Below are positions 27,294 through 38,040 of a DNA stretch of 64,000 bases, piece by piece. The stretch lies in NCBI GenBank assembly GCA_016198755.1, contig JACQIB010000004.1:64001-128000 (forward strand). The letters are read 5' to 3'. Each line of letters opens with the position of its first letter. Position 1 is the stretch's first letter. The position numbers and the translations under genes were made by a program. The DNA comes from Candidatus Aenigmatarchaeota archaeon. GTDB lineage: Archaea; Aenigmatarchaeota; Aenigmatarchaeia; Aenigmatarchaeales; JACQIB01. The notes below the pieces were generated by a model, which did no database searches, was not told where the DNA came from, and worked only from the letters and a program-made list of their open reading frames with translations.

Positions 27294-27817
27294 TAAACCA
27301 ACCAATCTATCTGTTTTCTCTTTACCTTCTGCCCTTTAAAAACCTTTTCTGTTCCACTAAAGGCAGAGTTCACAGAACTTGTACAGTCAAATTCGTACAC
27401 AGCAGAATGTTTTTGTTTTGCTTCGCAGGAAATTACTCCCACAAGCTCAGCTTCCATATTTTCCTTTATCTTTATTTTTGAGTACTTCCTTTTTTTCAGT
27501 CTTTTCTCTAAAACAATAGGAGAGCAGCGCAGAACAATAACAGCACTCACAAGCTTTGTTGGTAGTAAGTGGGAAAGGTGGGAAACAACTGCAATCCTTT
27601 CATTTTTCTGCTTTCCTATCCATAATTTTACATATTTGTTTATTTTTCTCTGGTCTGCAATGTAGCTTTTTAGTTTCTTATCATAGCCAGAATAAAGTTT
27701 CTTCCTGACAACAGCCCTGTTAAGCTCTAGCACAGCCCAGCCTTTGCTCTTCAGTATTTTGGCAAGTGTGCTCTTTCCAACTCCCGGAGTACCAGTTATT
27801 GCAATTATCTTCCTCAA
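27293..27817 (-). CDS. AK6/Fap7-family nucleoside monophosphate kinase/ATPase
   Basis: ITGTPGVGKST, VSHLSH, VLRCSP, KIKENMEAE. Confidence 0.88.
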   Translation of the reverse strand: MRKIIAITGTPGVGKSTLAKILKSKGWAVLELNRAVVRKKLYSGYDKKLKSYIADQRKINKYVKLWIGKQKNERIAVVSHLSHLLPTKLVSAVIVLRCSPIVLEKRLKKRKYSKIKIKENMEAELVGVISCEAKQKHSAVYEFDCTSSVNSAFSGTEKVFKGQKVKRKQIDWLV

Positions 27818-28404
27818 ATTTTCACACCCATTTCCTTCAGGTCATCCACAAGCTTTTCATATCCTTCAAATTTTAAAACCTTAAATCCAAGCAGGCGTGC
27901 AGGAAGAAGATTTCTTTCATGGTTATCAATAAACAAACACTCACCGGCAGGAACAGCCAAATCTTTCAAAACCTTCTGGTATATTGAAAGCCCGGGCTTT
28001 ATCATATCAAAATCAGAGCTGATAAAAGTTTTATAAAAAAGCCCGCTTATTTCAGCCTCAACCCAGTCGCGTGCATAGTTGCTGAGCGCAACAACCTTGT
28101 AACCCTTTTTATCCAGCCTTTTAATGAGCCTGCGCACGCGCGAGTTTGGTTTAAGCTTGCTTTTCAGTATCTGCTCAAGCTTTTCCGGAGGCATTTCCAG
28201 CCCAAGGCTCTGAACAATGCCGCGGAAATACTCTTCAGGAGTTATCTCCCCCTTTGATACTTTATTCCAGTAGATTGCTGCCACAGTCCTGACTTTCCAC
28301 CAGTTTTTCCCATGTTTCTTGGAAATATAGTCAGCTGTTTCAGGTGTAAAAAAATCAGGTATCAAAACCCCGCCCAAATCAAATATTACAACTTTTATTG
28401 TCAT
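27814..28404 (-). CDS. HAD-family phosphatase
   Basis: FDLGGV, LSN, KP, FIDN. Confidence 0.88.
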   Translation of the reverse strand: MTIKVVIFDLGGVLIPDFFTPETADYISKKHGKNWWKVRTVAAIYWNKVSKGEITPEEYFRGIVQSLGLEMPPEKLEQILKSKLKPNSRVRRLIKRLDKKGYKVVALSNYARDWVEAEISGLFYKTFISSDFDMIKPGLSIYQKVLKDLAVPAGECLFIDNHERNLLPARLLGFKVLKFEGYEKLVDDLKEMGVKI

Positions 28405-30209
28405 TTAATCCACCCAAGGGAACGGAAGAATTCTGTTATAGCTTTTATAAGTTCCTCCCAGAAACTCTGTAACTGTGGAACAGGCCTTTCAATTACAGTT
28501 ACAATTATAGAGCTGGAAGTTGAAAAGCTTTCAGTTGAGGCAAAAACCTGTATTACACCATCTGTCTTGTCAGAAGGAACAAACCTTATTTTAACTGTTT
28601 TTGTTCCATCAGGCTCAAGAAAAACAGTAGATGTTTCATTTTTCAGCTTTAGTCCTATTGTCTGGGCAACAGACAGTTTACTTGTCAGCAAAACAGAAAC
28701 ATTGTAGGGATCTGCTGCAAACATTGTTTCATTTGCTGAAACCGTTATATCAAACGGTTTTTTTGAGATGACTGTTATGTTCTGCTGGGAAAGGGCGCCT
28801 GCAGCATATGCATAGACAGTGAAATTATCTTTTCCAGCTACAATAGTACCATCATACAGGAGTTCATCCCCCTTGCTCGTGAAAATTCTTGAAAACGGAG
28901 CAGAAACCTGCATTTGTTCCCCGAGAACAACAGATGTTTTGCTTATGCTCAGCTGCGGTGGCGGTGCAATGCCTCCGCCAGTAAATGCAAAACTAACACT
29001 CTTGTCTTCCCCTGAGCTTGTATAGACAGAGAGCGGACAGGTATACTTTGTGCCTTTCTGTATGTCTGGCAGCTTAAAGAACGAATAATAAGTTTTATTT
29101 CCGCAGATTGTTACAGGAACATCCTTTTCCCCACCCTTCATAAACTGGCTTCCCTGATAAACGCAGCTCTGTGCAGTAAACTTTGTCTGGACGCAGGAAT
29201 CAGAGCTGAGTTTTGTCCTGAGAACAGCCCAGCCAGCCCCAAACCCAGAGTCCATTAGACTACTGTCTAATTTAACAACAGGCGCTTCCTTGAACTCCAA
29301 AATCCTGAATTTTGCATCCACTTCGTTTATGTTTATGCCGAGGTTTCCCCTTCCCCTGACCTGTGCTGTTGCCTGCGGCACAGAAATATCCGGAATAGAA
29401 GCAAACTTTATATGGGTTGCATCAGTAAATCCTATCTCAGACCATGTTGGATCTGATGGATAACCTCCAACTTCTGTCCATGCATGAGGCACAAAATCCT
29501 GGGCAATTTTAAATCCCCTCCCATATGCATACCCATAATTATAGGTTGCCTGCAGTCCAATGCTTCTGGAAAGTGCCATTAAAAGCGTGGAAAACTCATC
29601 ACAAACCCCTTTTCTAATATTTAAAACAGTTTTTGCGCTTAAGTTTACATCAGAGTAATTCAAATCATATTCTATATTGTTATTAACCCACTGTGTAAGG
29701 GAAAATACTCTGTCCATTTCCGAACCAGTGGCAAGTGTTTCAGCCAGAGCTTTTATTTCAGGATCAGCAGATTGTATTGCATCCGTGGGTTTCATCCATT
29801 CCTCTCCAGTTCTTATCTGGGCAGAAGTCTGCTTGTGGTTTTCCACAGTAGTTTTTACTGTAAACATAGGGCTTTCTTTTGGGTTCTGCCACTTTATCTG
29901 TATAAGAGAATTACCCCAGTTGTCATTTACAATTGAATAGGCACATATATTCTCAAAGTTTTCAGAAAGCTTGCATAATCCTGTTTGATCTTTTACTTCA
30001 GTTATTTCTGTTTTCTGAGACTCTGTATTTTGAGGTATATAGATTTTGGCCTGCAGTGTGGAAACTTCCCCAGTTATTGTTAGTGTTCCTGACTGTTCCA
30101 CAGCTGTTTTAATATAGTTGACTTTAGTTGCATCCTTTATCTCCTGCGCTCCAGCAGGCAGCGAAACTAAAATAAGTGCAATAAAAACTGCAAAAACCAC
30201 TTTCCACAT
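28401..30209 (-). CDS. Secreted transglutaminase-like (Cys-His-Asp) protein
   Basis: Signal peptide; GVCDEFS, PHAWTE, DPT. Confidence 0.85.
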   Translation of the reverse strand: MWKVVFAVFIALILVSLPAGAQEIKDATKVNYIKTAVEQSGTLTITGEVSTLQAKIYIPQNTESQKTEITEVKDQTGLCKLSENFENICAYSIVNDNWGNSLIQIKWQNPKESPMFTVKTTVENHKQTSAQIRTGEEWMKPTDAIQSADPEIKALAETLATGSEMDRVFSLTQWVNNNIEYDLNYSDVNLSAKTVLNIRKGVCDEFSTLLMALSRSIGLQATYNYGYAYGRGFKIAQDFVPHAWTEVGGYPSDPTWSEIGFTDATHIKFASIPDISVPQATAQVRGRGNLGININEVDAKFRILEFKEAPVVKLDSSLMDSGFGAGWAVLRTKLSSDSCVQTKFTAQSCVYQGSQFMKGGEKDVPVTICGNKTYYSFFKLPDIQKGTKYTCPLSVYTSSGEDKSVSFAFTGGGIAPPPQLSISKTSVVLGEQMQVSAPFSRIFTSKGDELLYDGTIVAGKDNFTVYAYAAGALSQQNITVISKKPFDITVSANETMFAADPYNVSVLLTSKLSVAQTIGLKLKNETSTVFLEPDGTKTVKIRFVPSDKTDGVIQVFASTESFSTSSSIIVTVIERPVPQLQSFWEELIKAITEFFRSLGWIK

Positions 30210-30264
30210 AGGAAAACTTATGGTTAACCCTTAATTTAAATCTCTTTAACCCCAAAAGAAACCC

Positions 30265-31206
30265 ATGACAGACCTCTGGATAGAGAAGTATAGACCACAC
30301 TCCCTTTCTGAAGTATATGGGCAGGAAGCTGTGGTAGAAAGGCTGAAAGGGTTTTTGAAGAAGGGAATTCCGCACATGATTTTTGCTGGACCTGCAGGCT
30401 GCGGGAAAACCTCAGCAGCATTAGCTTTGGCGCATGATATGTTCGGTGAGAGCTGGCGGGGCAATCTTTTGGAACAAAATGCAAGCGATGAAAGGGGGAT
30501 TGATGTTATAAGGAACAAAGTAAAGGATTTTGCGCGCACCAAACCTCTGGGTGTTCCATACAGGCTTATTCTGTTAGATGAGGCAGATGCATTAACAGCT
30601 GATGCGCAGCATGCTCTCCGCAGAACAATGGAAAAATACTCTGAGACTGCAAGGTTTATTTTAATTGCAAACTATTCAAACAAGCTTATAGATCCAATCC
30701 AATCCCGCTGTGCAATTTTCAGGTTCAGGCCCTTGGACAGGGAGAAAGCAAAACAGTATTTGGTTTCTGTACTGGAAAAGGAGGGAATAAAAGCCAGCGC
30801 CGGAGCCATAGAAGCTGTTCTGGATATAGCAGAAGGGGATATGCGCCGCGCGTTAAATATTATGCAGTCCTGCTCATCTACATCTGATTCTATAGAAGAG
30901 AAAACTGTTTATGAAACTGTTGCAGCAGCTGAACCCGGTAGAGTGAAAGCAATGATTGCACTTGCACTGAAGGGGGAGTTTATTGGCTCCCGCACAGTGC
31001 TTTTGGAACTTCTGGGCGAGGGAATAGCCGGAGAAGACATAATGCGGGAAGCAGCAAAGCAACTTTACTCTGTAGAAATGGAAGAACCCAAAAGGGCTGC
31101 AGTAATAGAAAAGGCTGGAGAGTTTGAGTGGCGTTTAGCTAGCGGAGGAAATCCACAGATACAAATAGAGGCATTTTTAGCATTCTTAGCAGCGCAGCCG
31201 AAGTGA
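30265..31206 (+). CDS. rfcS: Replication factor C small subunit
   Basis: WIEKYRP, GPAGCGKT, NASDERG, LDEAD, IQSRC, GDMRRA. Confidence 0.96.
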   Translation: MTDLWIEKYRPHSLSEVYGQEAVVERLKGFLKKGIPHMIFAGPAGCGKTSAALALAHDMFGESWRGNLLEQNASDERGIDVIRNKVKDFARTKPLGVPYRLILLDEADALTADAQHALRRTMEKYSETARFILIANYSNKLIDPIQSRCAIFRFRPLDREKAKQYLVSVLEKEGIKASAGAIEAVLDIAEGDMRRALNIMQSCSSTSDSIEEKTVYETVAAAEPGRVKAMIALALKGEFIGSRTVLLELLGEGIAGEDIMREAAKQLYSVEMEEPKRAAVIEKAGEFEWRLASGGNPQIQIEAFLAFLAAQPK

Positions 31207-31246
31207 AAACATAAGCTTTATATAGCTTTCTTTCCTATTGCTTCGC

Positions 31247-31567
31247 ATGGAAGGACTACCACTAAAGTATATAGCAATCGTGCTTGTGGCTGCGATTGTG
31301 ATTGTAGCTGTTTACTCAGTAGCCAGCACATTCACAGGTCAGGCTTCACAGGGCGGTTCACAGCTAAGCAATGTAGTCGGCGGCGGAGTTAATGCAACTG
31401 GCCAGGATGCCTGCGCAAAGTTGGGTGGAGAATGGTTTATGGCCAAAGCACCAAGTCCAAATGTAGGGAAATATGCCTGCGTATACAGCCAGACAGACTG
31501 TGAGCAGAACGGTGGAACCTGGCCTACGGGAACCACTACTACAGGAACCAACCCTAAGTGCACATAA
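31247..31567 (+). CDS. Small single-TM Cys-containing protein, pilin-like
   Basis: N-terminal hydrophobic helix, two C-x3-GG-x-W repeats; TTTATATA upstream. Confidence 0.6.
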   Translation: MEGLPLKYIAIVLVAAIVIVAVYSVASTFTGQASQGGSQLSNVVGGGVNATGQDACAKLGGEWFMAKAPSPNVGKYACVYSQTDCEQNGGTWPTGTTTTGTNPKCT

Positions 31568-31631
31568 AACCGCTGACAAGGCTTCATTATTTCTTTTGGA
31601 GCCGTTTTCCTAGCTTTGCAAGGGGTTTGGA

Positions 31632-31880
31632 ATGAGAATAGAAGTTAAAGCTAAACCAGGTTCCAAAGAGGAAAAGGCAGAGTTTAGGGATGGGAAATTG
31701 ATTGTTTTCTTAAAAGAGCCTGCTGAAAAGGGAAAGGCTAATATTGCTTTGATAAAGCTTTTATCAGGAATTTTCGGGAGTGCAAGGATTGTTTCTGGTG
31801 TAAAATCAAAGAAAAAGGTTGTTGAGCTGCCACAGGGTTCTATAGAAGAGATAAAAGCTCAGGCAACCTCTACATCATGA
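31632..31880 (+). CDS. DUF167/YggU (UPF0235) protein
   Basis: VKAKPGS, P-x2-GKAN-x2-L, SG-x-KS-x2-K. Confidence 0.88.
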   Translation: MRIEVKAKPGSKEEKAEFRDGKLIVFLKEPAEKGKANIALIKLLSGIFGSARIVSGVKSKKKVVELPQGSIEEIKAQATSTS

Positions 31881-33286
31881 GCACCGCTTTCCTTCTTCCC
31901 TGCTTCTGAAATTTTAACAAACTCAGAGTTCTTTTGCAGTTCAGCTATATTCTTTGCACCAGAATAGCTCATTCCAGAGCGCAGACCCCCAAGCAATTGG
32001 TTTATTATTTCAACAACACTTCCCTTGAAAGGCACAAACCCCTCCACCCCTTCAGGTGTATAGTCTAAAGCGTCTATCTCCTCTCCAATAGTTTCCCTGT
32101 CTACAGCAGAATCAATTGAGGCAGAGCCCCTGTAAATTTTATACTTCCTCCCATTCCTTATAACAGTCATTCCCGGAGACTCATCTGTCCCAGCCAAAAG
32201 GTTTCCAAGCATAACAGTAGAGGCTCCTGCAGCCAGAGCTTTTGTTATACTCCCTGATTTTTCTATTCCCCCATCAGCTATCAGCGGAACCCCATAATCC
32301 TTTGCAATCTTTGCACATTCTAAAATTGCTGTTAATTGGGGAACGCCAGCTCCAGTTACAATGCGTGTAGTGCATGAACTGCCAGGTCCGACTCCAATTT
32401 TAACAGCATCAGCACCCGCAACAATCAAATCCCTGCACCCCTCCCCCGTTGCAACATTCCCAGCAATAATCTCCACATCCCCAAAAGCCTTTTTCAGCTC
32501 CCTTACAGTGTTTATCCCCAAGTCAGAGTGGCCATGTGCTAAATCCACGCAAATAACATCCGCTCCAGCTTCCAATAGCTTTCCAGCTCTTTCAATAAAC
32601 CCTTTTTTCACCCCAACTGCAGCTCCAACCAAAAGCCTTCCTTTTCTGCTCTTCACAGCTTTCGGGTGGCTATATTGTCTTAGAATATCCTTGCTTGCTA
32701 TCATTCCAGCTAAAGTTCCATCTGCAGTCACAAGCGGCAGCTTCTCAATTTTGTATTCCTGCAGTATTTCCTTTGCCCGTTCAATAGTGGTTCCTGCAGG
32801 TGCTGTTATAGCCTTCCCTACAGGGGTCATTATTTCTGAAGCTTCTTTTTTTAGATCTGTTTCGAATCTTATATCCCTTGAAGTTATAATTCCCTTCAGC
32901 TTTCTTTCAGGGCTTACAACAAGAATGCTGTGCACCCCCTGCTCTGACATTATGTTCTGTATATCATGCAATGTTTGGTTTGGAAGGACTGTAAATGGGT
33001 TGTCTATAACTATTGTTTCAGCTCTTTTAACCCTCAAAACCTTTTCCACCTGCTTTTCTATTGGAAGGAAACGGTGTATAATTCCTATTCCCCCCTCCCT
33101 TGCTAAAGCAATAGCCATTTTAGCTTCGCAGACAGTATCCATGTTAGCTGCAACTATGGGAATATTCAATTTTATTCTGCGTGAAAGCATTACTTCAGTA
33201 TTTATATCTTTCCTCGAGTTAACAGAAGATCTTTTTGGAATAAGCAAAACATCATCATAAGAAAGCCCTTCCTTGATTTCAACCAT
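31859..33286 (-). CDS. guaB: IMP dehydrogenase with CBS pair
   Basis: [37 protein letters not shown]; start moved to ATG 33286. Confidence 0.95.
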   Translation of the reverse strand: MVEIKEGLSYDDVLLIPKRSSVNSRKDINTEVMLSRRIKLNIPIVAANMDTVCEAKMAIALAREGGIGIIHRFLPIEKQVEKVLRVKRAETIVIDNPFTVLPNQTLHDIQNIMSEQGVHSILVVSPERKLKGIITSRDIRFETDLKKEASEIMTPVGKAITAPAGTTIERAKEILQEYKIEKLPLVTADGTLAGMIASKDILRQYSHPKAVKSRKGRLLVGAAVGVKKGFIERAGKLLEAGADVICVDLAHGHSDLGINTVRELKKAFGDVEIIAGNVATGEGCRDLIVAGADAVKIGVGPGSSCTTRIVTGAGVPQLTAILECAKIAKDYGVPLIADGGIEKSGSITKALAAGASTVMLGNLLAGTDESPGMTVIRNGRKYKIYRGSASIDSAVDRETIGEEIDALDYTPEGVEGFVPFKGSVVEIINQLLGGLRSGMSYSGAKNIAELQKNSEFVKISEAGKKESGAHDVEVA

Positions 33287-33376
33287 TTTATCCCCTACAG
33301 CTACTGTTCTGTAGAAATAAATCCTTTTGTTTGCTGCTGCAGCAGCTTTAAAATCCTTTGCAGACAATACTGGGCT

Positions 33377-33853
33377 ATGAAAGGGATAGAGTCAATGCCA
33401 ATAAGGATATTAGCTTCAGTTTTCATTTTGTTTGCTGTTGTTTCAGTTGGATTATGGCAGCTTGGCTGGTTTACAAACTTTAAAACAGAGGCAGAATTCA
33501 AGCAGAATACTGTTGAGTTCTCGCAGAAGATACAGACTCTAAAGGCTGTTGGAACAGGTTCTTTTGATTCTGAAACAGTTCATGTTCCTGATGGCTGGAC
33601 ATTTACAGTGGATTTGGCAGAGAATACTGTTTATGCAAGGCCAAAGGGAGGAGCAAACTTTACTGTTAATGTTACAGCAAACCTTGTAAAGTTCAAGGCT
33701 TTGGATCCCTCAACCGGAAACATGAAAATCTACACTGATGCAACGAAAGATAGTTCTGTTGAGTTTTCAAAGGGCACTTACAACATAAGGCTGTACTATG
33801 GACAGTTGGATGATGATAAGGTTAAAGACTGGACACTTGTTTTTGGTGGTTAA
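33377..33853 (+). CDS. Class III signal peptide (type IV pilin-like) protein
   Basis: MKG/IESMP followed by a hydrophobic helix and beta-rich domain. Confidence 0.6.
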   Translation: MKGIESMPIRILASVFILFAVVSVGLWQLGWFTNFKTEAEFKQNTVEFSQKIQTLKAVGTGSFDSETVHVPDGWTFTVDLAENTVYARPKGGANFTVNVTANLVKFKALDPSTGNMKIYTDATKDSSVEFSKGTYNIRLYYGQLDDDKVKDWTLVFGG

Positions 33854-34195
33854 ATGATAGATTGGTTTGCTGCGCGCATGGGAATACTTATATTTGCAAT
33901 AGCTGCAGCTGGAGTTCTTTTAGTGTTTGTTTCTTTCCAGAGCCAGTTTTTTGTTGCACAGCAGAACGCTTTAACAGCTTCCACTCTTGCAAGGGCAGCT
34001 GATCTCCTCCCTGAAATGGCTTACTTGAATTATACTCTGCCTCCGAACTCAAAGCTGGAAATGAAGGATGGAATTATAAGCATTGAGAAATTGGAGCGCT
34101 CATTCCTGTCAAAAGCTGATACAGCAGGCCCGTTATCTGGAACTGTTAGTTTGTACAGGGAAAATGGGAAAATAAAGGTGGTAAATATTGCCTGA
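33854..34195 (+). CDS. Single-TM pilin-cluster protein
   Basis: N-terminal TM; abuts neighbours. Confidence 0.55.
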   Translation: MIDWFAARMGILIFAIAAAGVLLVFVSFQSQFFVAQQNALTASTLARAADLLPEMAYLNYTLPPNSKLEMKDGIISIEKLERSFLSKADTAGPLSGTVSLYRENGKIKVVNIA

Positions 34196-34523
34196 GGAAT
34201 TATTATCTGCTGTAATAGCTTCTATACTGCTTTTGCTGTTCTTACTCAGTATTATCTTTATTTATGGGAAGGCAGCTGAAAGGCTTGACTATACAGAACT
34301 GAGAAGGGGAGCATGGGCTGGCGCAGAGTTTTTTGTTTATAATGGTTCAGCACATGCAAAGCTTTCCTTTGCTAATGCAACAAACTTATCCAATGTATCC
34401 CAGCCCTTCCCCAGCTATCCACAATATAATTTTGAACATACTGTAGCAGTTTCAAGAATTCCCTATATTAACGGGACAGCACCCAACTACCCTTTTATGG
34501 TGGAGTTTTATGTTGGCAGGTAA
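34188..34523 (+). CDS. Single-TM pilin-cluster protein
   Basis: TTG start after AGGTGG; N-terminal TM. Confidence 0.55.
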   Translation: MPEELLSAVIASILLLLFLLSIIFIYGKAAERLDYTELRRGAWAGAEFFVYNGSAHAKLSFANATNLSNVSQPFPSYPQYNFEHTVAVSRIPYINGTAPNYPFMVEFYVGR

Positions 34524-35112
34524 AGGTCAGGCTTCAATGATAGACATACTTATACTCACACTAATAGTTTCTGCTCTTTTTGTTTTTGTTTATGTACTGC
34601 CAAATGCTGCTGACACAGCTCTGGAAAGCAGAGGGGAGGCTGCATACAACCGTGCTGTACTTTCCAGCCTACTGAACTGGACAAACGCAACCTACGGTCC
34701 TTACTATAATGCTTTTAACAACAAGGCAGGCGTGAGCTTTGGGCAGGCTGCAGACCTTTATTTCTGCTGTAATAAAGGGGACGCTTGCTTTGGGAAGCTT
34801 GGACCAAAAGAGAAGGATGTGGAGGAGCGGCTGGAGGTTTCAGCTGCGGATTTTTTAAATAAAACAGCAAGGAACGAGTTTTACTATATTTTGTTTACTG
34901 ATTTCACAAATCCCGCTGGAAAGCAGAGGCAGCTGATAGCTTACAACAACCAGTCAGATGTTTGTTCATCAAGCCTTATAGTAACTTCTTTCAACCTGAA
35001 TCTTACTTGTTCTACCTCAGACAAACCTTTGGCTTTCCAGTATGCGCAGTGGAGGATTGGAAAGGATGTTAAAAGGGCAGCAGACTGCGAGAGAGTAACC
35101 ACAACTACTTGA
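34510..35112 (+). CDS. Class III signal peptide (type IV pilin-like) protein
   Basis: KG/QASMID + hydrophobic helix (archaeal KGQxSx[DE] motif). Confidence 0.7.
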   Translation: MLAGKGQASMIDILILTLIVSALFVFVYVLPNAADTALESRGEAAYNRAVLSSLLNWTNATYGPYYNAFNNKAGVSFGQAADLYFCCNKGDACFGKLGPKEKDVEERLEVSAADFLNKTARNEFYYILFTDFTNPAGKQRQLIAYNNQSDVCSSSLIVTSFNLNLTCSTSDKPLAFQYAQWRIGKDVKRAADCERVTTTT

Positions 35113-35746
35113 GTTCTGGGTGGAAAACTCTTGCTGAGGGGCACAAATTCTTTAAAATACAGGCAGGGCAGCGCGGTGAGCGCGCAGTGCAAACAGCTCT
35201 TCCATGGGCAATCAAAAGCAGGTTAACATTGTCCCAGTCTGCGCGCGGGAACAGCTTTATCAAATCCTGCTCTGTTTTGTCTGGTGTTTTTCCCTCGCTC
35301 AGTCCAAGTCTGTGAGAAAGCCTGAACACATGAGTGTCTACTGCAATCCCCTCCATTTTTCCATGAATATTTGCAAGAACAATATTGGCTGTTTTCCTCG
35401 CTACTCCCGGCAATTCTGTAAGCTGTTCCATAGAGTCTGGAATTTTCCCTTTATGTTTTTCCAGCAAAATCCGGGCAGAGCCGCGGATGTATTTGGCTTT
35501 TTGTTTGTAAAACCCAGTTGGATGGATTATTTTCTCCAGTTCTTTCAAATCAGCTGAAGCATAATCTTTCAGGGTTTTATACCTTGAAAACAAAACGGGT
35601 GTTACTTTGTTAACTCTCTCATCAGTACATTGAGCAGAAAGTATTGTAGCAAACAAAAGCTCGTGCGGCTTTCCATGGTGAAGATAACATTTTACATCTG
35701 GATACTCTTTCTTGAGCAGCCCGAGAATTTTCTTAGCATTTTCCAT
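35105..35746 (-). CDS. nth: Endonuclease III
   Basis: LSAQCTD, LPGVARKTA, AVDTHV, C-x6-C-x2-C-x5-C; start moved to ATG 35746. Confidence 0.95.
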   Translation of the reverse strand: MENAKKILGLLKKEYPDVKCYLHHGKPHELLFATILSAQCTDERVNKVTPVLFSRYKTLKDYASADLKELEKIIHPTGFYKQKAKYIRGSARILLEKHKGKIPDSMEQLTELPGVARKTANIVLANIHGKMEGIAVDTHVFRLSHRLGLSEGKTPDKTEQDLIKLFPRADWDNVNLLLIAHGRAVCTARSPRCPACILKNLCPSARVFHPELK

Positions 35747-36113
35747 ACTTATCAGTGTTCTGCAAAGCTCTGAGAGGGAGTAAAGCACACTTAAGGCGCG
35801 CAGGACTAACAGAAATCCCAAGCAAATCTATCACTTCTTTCTCCCCTGTATTTTTCAGCTCTTCAATTTTCTTCCCTATCAAATTTTCTAAAAGCATGCT
35901 TGTAGCAGCCTGCGAGATTGCGCACCCCTTCCCTTCAAACTTCGCTTCAGTAACCTTTCCCTTCTTATCAGCCTTAATATAGAGTGTAATCTCATCTCCG
36001 CAGAGAGTGTTAACTTCCCTGACTTTTATCTCTGCTTTTGCGATCTTCCCTTTATTCGGCGGATGTGTATAGTAGTCTATAATCTGCTCGGCATACATAT
36101 CCATTCTGCTCAC
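35733..36113 (-). CDS. sufU: NifU-N/SufU/IscU-type Fe-S protein
   Basis: NTLCGD, GKGCAISQA, PARLKC. Confidence 0.88.
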   Translation of the reverse strand: MSRMDMYAEQIIDYYTHPPNKGKIAKAEIKVREVNTLCGDEITLYIKADKKGKVTEAKFEGKGCAISQAATSMLLENLIGKKIEELKNTGEKEVIDLLGISVSPARLKCALLPLRALQNTDKYGKC

Positions 36114-36166
36114 TCAAAAGAACTGGTTGAAAGAAGTTTATTAAGCTTTCCAATAGTATTCGTTAC

Positions 36167-36940
36167 ATGGAAAATAGGTGGTTCTGGGATCTGCATAATA
36201 CGCTGGAAACAGGTACACCGCATGCAGATGCCTGTGCTTTCAATAAGTATTTGGCAGCAAAAAATATAGAGAGAAGGTATACGGCAGAGCAGATACGTGC
36301 AGCAGGCCCAACATGGTCTATAAGGCTGAAGACTCTTGTTCCAGATCTGCTTGTAAATGATCAGGCAATTACAGATTTAAGAGAAAAGCAGATTGCTGCA
36401 ATACCTAAATTCTGCAAAGCAACCCCTGGTGCAGTGGAAACCCTGCGTTATATACGTAGTAGGGGAGATGTTAATGCAATAGTTTCATGGTCAAGGCCAA
36501 CTGTATTAAAAGCCTATATGAATGCTTTGGGGTTTGCCGGCTATGTGAACGGGGGAGTTTTCAGCGTTTATGATGCAATGGACGAAGCAAAAAGAGCAGG
36601 CACAAGCATTTCAAACGACACAGACAGCGTGCCCTTCTATAAAGCCCGCATAATGGGCAGATTTTTGGACGATGATGTACCAATCTTTACAGTAGGTGAT
36701 ATGGAAGGGGATGTGGAAGCCGGACTAATGCTGGAGAAGGAGAGGGTTGCTAAAGGCAAAACACATCCGGTGACAACAATGCTGTTTTCTCCAGATGATA
36801 CAAGCCAGAAAAGCAAGGCTAATCATGTTATAAAAATACTGCCTGAGGTTGTATCTATTGTTTATGGGGATATTCTGAATTGCGTGCCTAGGTGGTGCTA
36901 TGCAAGCTGGTATTACAAGCGAGTATCAGGACAGCAATAA
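36167..36940 (+). CDS. HAD-family hydrolase (divergent)
   Basis: WDLHNTL, PGAVE, IVS, VGDMEGDVEAG. Confidence 0.75.
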   Translation: MENRWFWDLHNTLETGTPHADACAFNKYLAAKNIERRYTAEQIRAAGPTWSIRLKTLVPDLLVNDQAITDLREKQIAAIPKFCKATPGAVETLRYIRSRGDVNAIVSWSRPTVLKAYMNALGFAGYVNGGVFSVYDAMDEAKRAGTSISNDTDSVPFYKARIMGRFLDDDVPIFTVGDMEGDVEAGLMLEKERVAKGKTHPVTTMLFSPDDTSQKSKANHVIKILPEVVSIVYGDILNCVPRWCYASWYYKRVSGQQ

Positions 36941-36997
36941 ACAGTCACGTTTTCTTCTGTTCCAAAAAAGGACTTGTTGACATAAGTGTTTACATAT

Positions 36998-37042
36998 ATT
37001 CAAAAATGGATTATATAATCCATAAATGAATAGATTTAAATA
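36998..37042 (+). promoter_or_regulatory. Paired palindromic operators plus TATA of MNT/HEPN module 1
   Basis: ATTCA-n4-TGGAT (36998-37011) and ATCCA-n4-TGAAT (37018-37031), 20-bp period; TTTAAATA at 37035-37042. Confidence 0.65.
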
Positions 37043-37065
37043 TAGCCCGATACAGTATTATATGT

Positions 37066-37647
37066 ATGCTGGAATACATACTCGATTCCAAGGAAAAAGT
37101 GCGTATACTGCGATTACTTGTCAATAGCCCCAGCCATATATTTCACGAAACAGAAATTGTCAGAATGCTGAAATTGCCTCAGGCAACAATTAACAGAAAG
37201 CTAAGGTCTTTAGCAGAGCAGAATATAATTTCCAGATACAAAAAGGGCAGAACGACCGTATACAGGCTAAACGACGAAAATTATATTGTTAGAGATATGT
37301 TAAAACCATTAATAAAGGCTGAAAAAAACACACCATTGGAGAGGTCTAATTATTTATGTGGAAAATTGATCGGACATATAATAGGCATTGTGTTTGGCTC
37401 TGCAGCACGGAATGAAATGAAACCTACAAGCGACGTAGATTTGGCAATTATTACAGATAAAACCAGAGAGACAGAGAGAATAGCATTTAAAATAAACCAG
37501 GAAATTTTTGATAGGGACGGGATGATAATTTCACTTCACATATTCAATTATAAAGATTTTAGAAAAAGATATAGATCGGGAGACCTATTAATTCGCGAAA
37601 TTGCCAATGGTAAAGTGGTGTACGGAGATATAGAAGAGGTGTTATAA
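37066..37647 (+). CDS. wHTH-fused minimal nucleotidyltransferase (MNT antitoxin)
   Basis: N-terminal HTH; FGSAAR-x6-SDVDL. Confidence 0.9.
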   Translation: MLEYILDSKEKVRILRLLVNSPSHIFHETEIVRMLKLPQATINRKLRSLAEQNIISRYKKGRTTVYRLNDENYIVRDMLKPLIKAEKNTPLERSNYLCGKLIGHIIGIVFGSAARNEMKPTSDVDLAIITDKTRETERIAFKINQEIFDRDGMIISLHIFNYKDFRKRYRSGDLLIREIANGKVVYGDIEEVL

Positions 37648-38039
37648 TGGCAAGAGAGTATAATAGGATATATGCAAAAGAGTTCTTTGAAAAGTCAAAG
37701 CGATTCCTCGAGCTTGCAAAAAATGCAGTAAATCAGTATCCAGATGAAGCGGCTTTCATTGCTATTCAAGCTACAATAAATGCTAATGATGCATTTACCA
37801 TAGCTATAATAGGAAAAAGAGCCAGCGCAGAACATAACGAAGCCATATCATTACATAAAAAGGCAGCTGCAATAATTGGGGAGTCAAAATCAGATGTACT
37901 AAATTTTGAGCTGGATAAAAGAAGTTCTACAGGATATGATATTAAAACGCATCTCGGGAGGGTAGAAGCAGAAATTTTTATAAAAAGAACAGAAAGGTTT
38001 CTCAGCTGGGTAGAGGAAAAAATAAAGGATGTGGATTAG
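37647..38039 (+). CDS. HEPN-domain protein
   Basis: Helical, A-x-F-x2-IQATINANDA, RASAEH, RSSTGY; coupled to MNT. Confidence 0.85.
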   Translation: MAREYNRIYAKEFFEKSKRFLELAKNAVNQYPDEAAFIAIQATINANDAFTIAIIGKRASAEHNEAISLHKKAAAIIGESKSDVLNFELDKRSSTGYDIKTHLGRVEAEIFIKRTERFLSWVEEKIKDVD

Positions 38040-38040
38040 C

